Shown here one piece after another: positions 61,761 to 64,000 of a stretch of 64,000 nt of DNA. A program made the translations under genes and the position numbers. The notes below the pieces were generated by a model. The model did no database searches and was not told the origin of the DNA. It saw nothing but the letters and a program-made list of their open reading frames with translations. The DNA comes from Lama guanicoe (lineage: Eukaryota), in NCBI GenBank assembly GCA_013239625.1, contig MU055362.1, positions 7,346,634-7,410,633 on the forward strand. Reading direction: 5' to 3'. How positions within the stretch are numbered: the first letter of the stretch is position 1; each line of letters begins with the position of its first letter.

Positions 61761-64000
61761 CACCACCCAAACAACACAACTCCAGAGAGAATGCTACAAT
61801 TAAGACAGTAAATATACGGCTGCAAGGTTAAGAATCCAATAGAACAAAGTTAACTTCATGTTCACATACACACCGATCTAACATCCCCAAGCACTGTAAC
61901 TTCCCCCCACAGGTGTCCCGGCACACAGAATAACCTCGACCAGCTCAAAAATGCACACAGCACAAGCTCCAGTGAAATCTCTACTCCCAGCCAGTACCCA
62001 GCGTGTTGGAGAGATTTCCAGCTCAACTTTCCCCAGCTACAGCGATGAGGACTTACAATTTTCTTGTTTCTCCTCTGGGTTTCCACCCCCTCTTTTCCCA
62101 AATACTCTTCTAAATCACACCCTTTAAACTGCTTTTTCCTTCCCTGTAAAACACAAAGATGCCTTGTTCATTATAGTCTAGCTTTTTAAAACAAAGATAA
62201 AATACAAGGACCCAGTAAAAACTTGGCATTCTAAACTGGAACAATAATTTATTTATATCTCTGTAAAAAGCTAGAAGGAAGAACAGAGAGGGTTGGCCCT
62301 TTGGGGCTTTTTTGGAAGACGAGGGAAGGTTGAGAGATCTTAGCTGGCGATCTAAGGCTGATCTGAGTTTCAGAACCAGGCTCCCCCATGCCTGGGCTCT
62401 TGGGACCCTCCTGCTCTTGGTCACCTGCATCATTCCAAGTCACTTCCTCATCCAGCAATGGTGGCTGTTATACCCTGGGCACGTAACAGGGCCTCAACGT
62501 GTTGCCTCCCCCGCTGGGGCATCCGGAATTGGCACCAAATGAGAACACCAAGGTACTTTTCATGTCCTTCCTTCCCATGAAACTCTCAACAAAACAAACC
62601 TTCTCTTCCTGCGTGCTTGGTTACAGTGGCCAAGCCCACCCACCCCTTCTAATACCCACTCCCTCCTCCACGACCCAGCCGTCTCTGCCCAGAGGAAGCA
62701 CCATGGAGATATGGCTGTGCTTAACACAGGTTTGTATAAATACTCCAGCAATTCAAAAACCAGCGTTTTACAATTAACCACCTCCTTTATTATTATCCCA
62801 TCCAGCTTTCTCTCGTTTCATTCCTAATCACTACTACTGGCCCTAAATTTGATGCTTCAGATACAAATCATCATAGATATTCAGGGAGGAAAGGGAAACA
62901 GCTTTTTCAACCACAGAACTCTCATTCTCAAAGGCAACTTAAAAAAAAAAAAAAGGCCTACATTGGGTTTTCCAGCACTAAGTCAACTTCCAGTATGATG
63001 AAGATTAATTCTTTCTGCCTACTCATTCCACTAAATTGGGAAGGGCAACAGTTGCCTTATTTCCAGTTTTATGAATCACCTAGCTTTCTCTTTGATTTAA
63101 AAAATTTTTAAAAAGAAAGAAATCCAGATTCATTTCCTAAAAGGTTTTGGTTTTGGGGGGTTTTGGGTCCACCTTCCTCTCTACTGTGTAGTTACCACCA
63201 TGGGGCTCTTGAAGTTTAATTTCCATGTCATTAGCTTTCAAGACAGAATAGGGGCTTAAGAATACTTCTTAGGTCACCAGCCTTTTTCAGGACAACCCCA
63301 GCCCTATGCTGGGAGCCTTTAACAATGGGAAATAAACTTCTGATCAGGTCTTTGGGTGCCTGCCTGCCCTTTTAAAAGGTGCCAAGGGGGCTTCTAACTT
63401 CCACAGGGAAGGCAAAACCAGCCCTGACTGGTAGGTAAGGGGGCTTAAACATTCCTGCAAAGATCCAGACACGGAACATCTGTACCATCCTAAAACAACA
63501 ACTTAACAAAGGCAACCCCTTTTCACTTCCTGGCATTCTCCTTCAGAAATTCTGCTGCAACAAAACACATGCCTTCAGACACAGGAACAATCTCTCCTAC
63601 TGTCTCGATGTTCCATCAAATGTCTATTTATCCTCATTAATTTTTTCTTTTCTTTTCCTCAACCTGAAACCATCAGCTATGAGTCAGAGAAAGATCATTA
63701 ACTTTTACAGCTTCCATACACATCCACCTACTCACATTTGGGGAAAGAAGTATTGACTTGCAACACTGCCTGAGACCAAAATCCTCAAAGAAGGAAAAAA
63801 AAAGGTGGGGGGGCAGGGGAATCGCTTCAAGAAAGTTATATCTATAGTCTTTGGGGGGATGCTACGCTCATTGTTTTTCCACTTTGTGCTGCAGTCTCTT
63901 GCAAAAAAAAATAAGTTGAAGTTGAACTTGGTTATGATGGACACTTCTGGATTGGTTTTTTGAGGGAAAATTAGATGATTTTCTTTAAACATCAAAACAT

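Larger units (their letters stand above)
472..64000 (-). other. TCF7L2: TCF7L2 intron upstream of exon 5 (intron 4; 'intron 3' in T2D literature), 5' end outside the window
   Basis: It ends at the AG acceptor at 472-473. I saw no further TCF7L2 coding exon (e.g. LHFQSGSTHYSAYKTIEHQIAVQ) in the window. The human intron is about 75 kb (recalled). Confidence 0.88.

Noticed and set aside
472-64000. Scattered single TCF/LEF motifs (CTTTGWW) suggesting autoregulation
   Set aside because: About 30 are expected by chance in 64 kb on both strands, and I saw no evident enrichment.
55000-64000. Expected TCF7L2 69-bp alternative exon 4 (LHFQSGSTHYSAYKTIEHQIAVQ)
   Set aside because: Searched by eye on the minus strand and not found. 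It most likely lies beyond the window end, so its absence is not evidence of loss.
1-64000. Prokaryotic-type systems (CRISPR arrays, operons, defence islands) or a novel multi-gene system
   Set aside because: The sequence is a mammalian intron, with no regularly spaced repeat-spacer array and no gene-dense coding structure.

Overview
Mammalian genomic DNA, not prokaryotic. Six copies of a tRNA-derived SINE resembling the camelid vic-1 family point to a camel, alpaca or llama draft assembly, which has six N-gaps. The only coding sequence I can support is a 102-bp minus-strand exon at 370-471, translating to YLQMKWPLLDVQAGTLQSRQALKDARSPSPAHIV. I recognise it as TCF7L2 exon 5 (exon 4 in older numbering); the ORF track misses it. 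Positions 472-64000 are the large upstream intron, which in human carries the type 2 diabetes variant rs7903146. I did not find the preceding 69-bp exon, so it probably lies beyond position 64000. The intron contains camelid SINEs, L1 3' fragments, MIR/L2 relics, hAT DNA transposons (MER58, MER20, MER5, MER81-like), microsatellites and several repeat-free, motif-dense blocks that look like enhancers. The best finding is an apparent ungapped ortholog of the rs7903146 site inside a MIR relic, with the SNP-equivalent base at about 33900; this rests on my recalled human flank. I found no evidence of a wholly novel biological system. Repeat subfamily names are by eye and need RepeatMasker confirmation.
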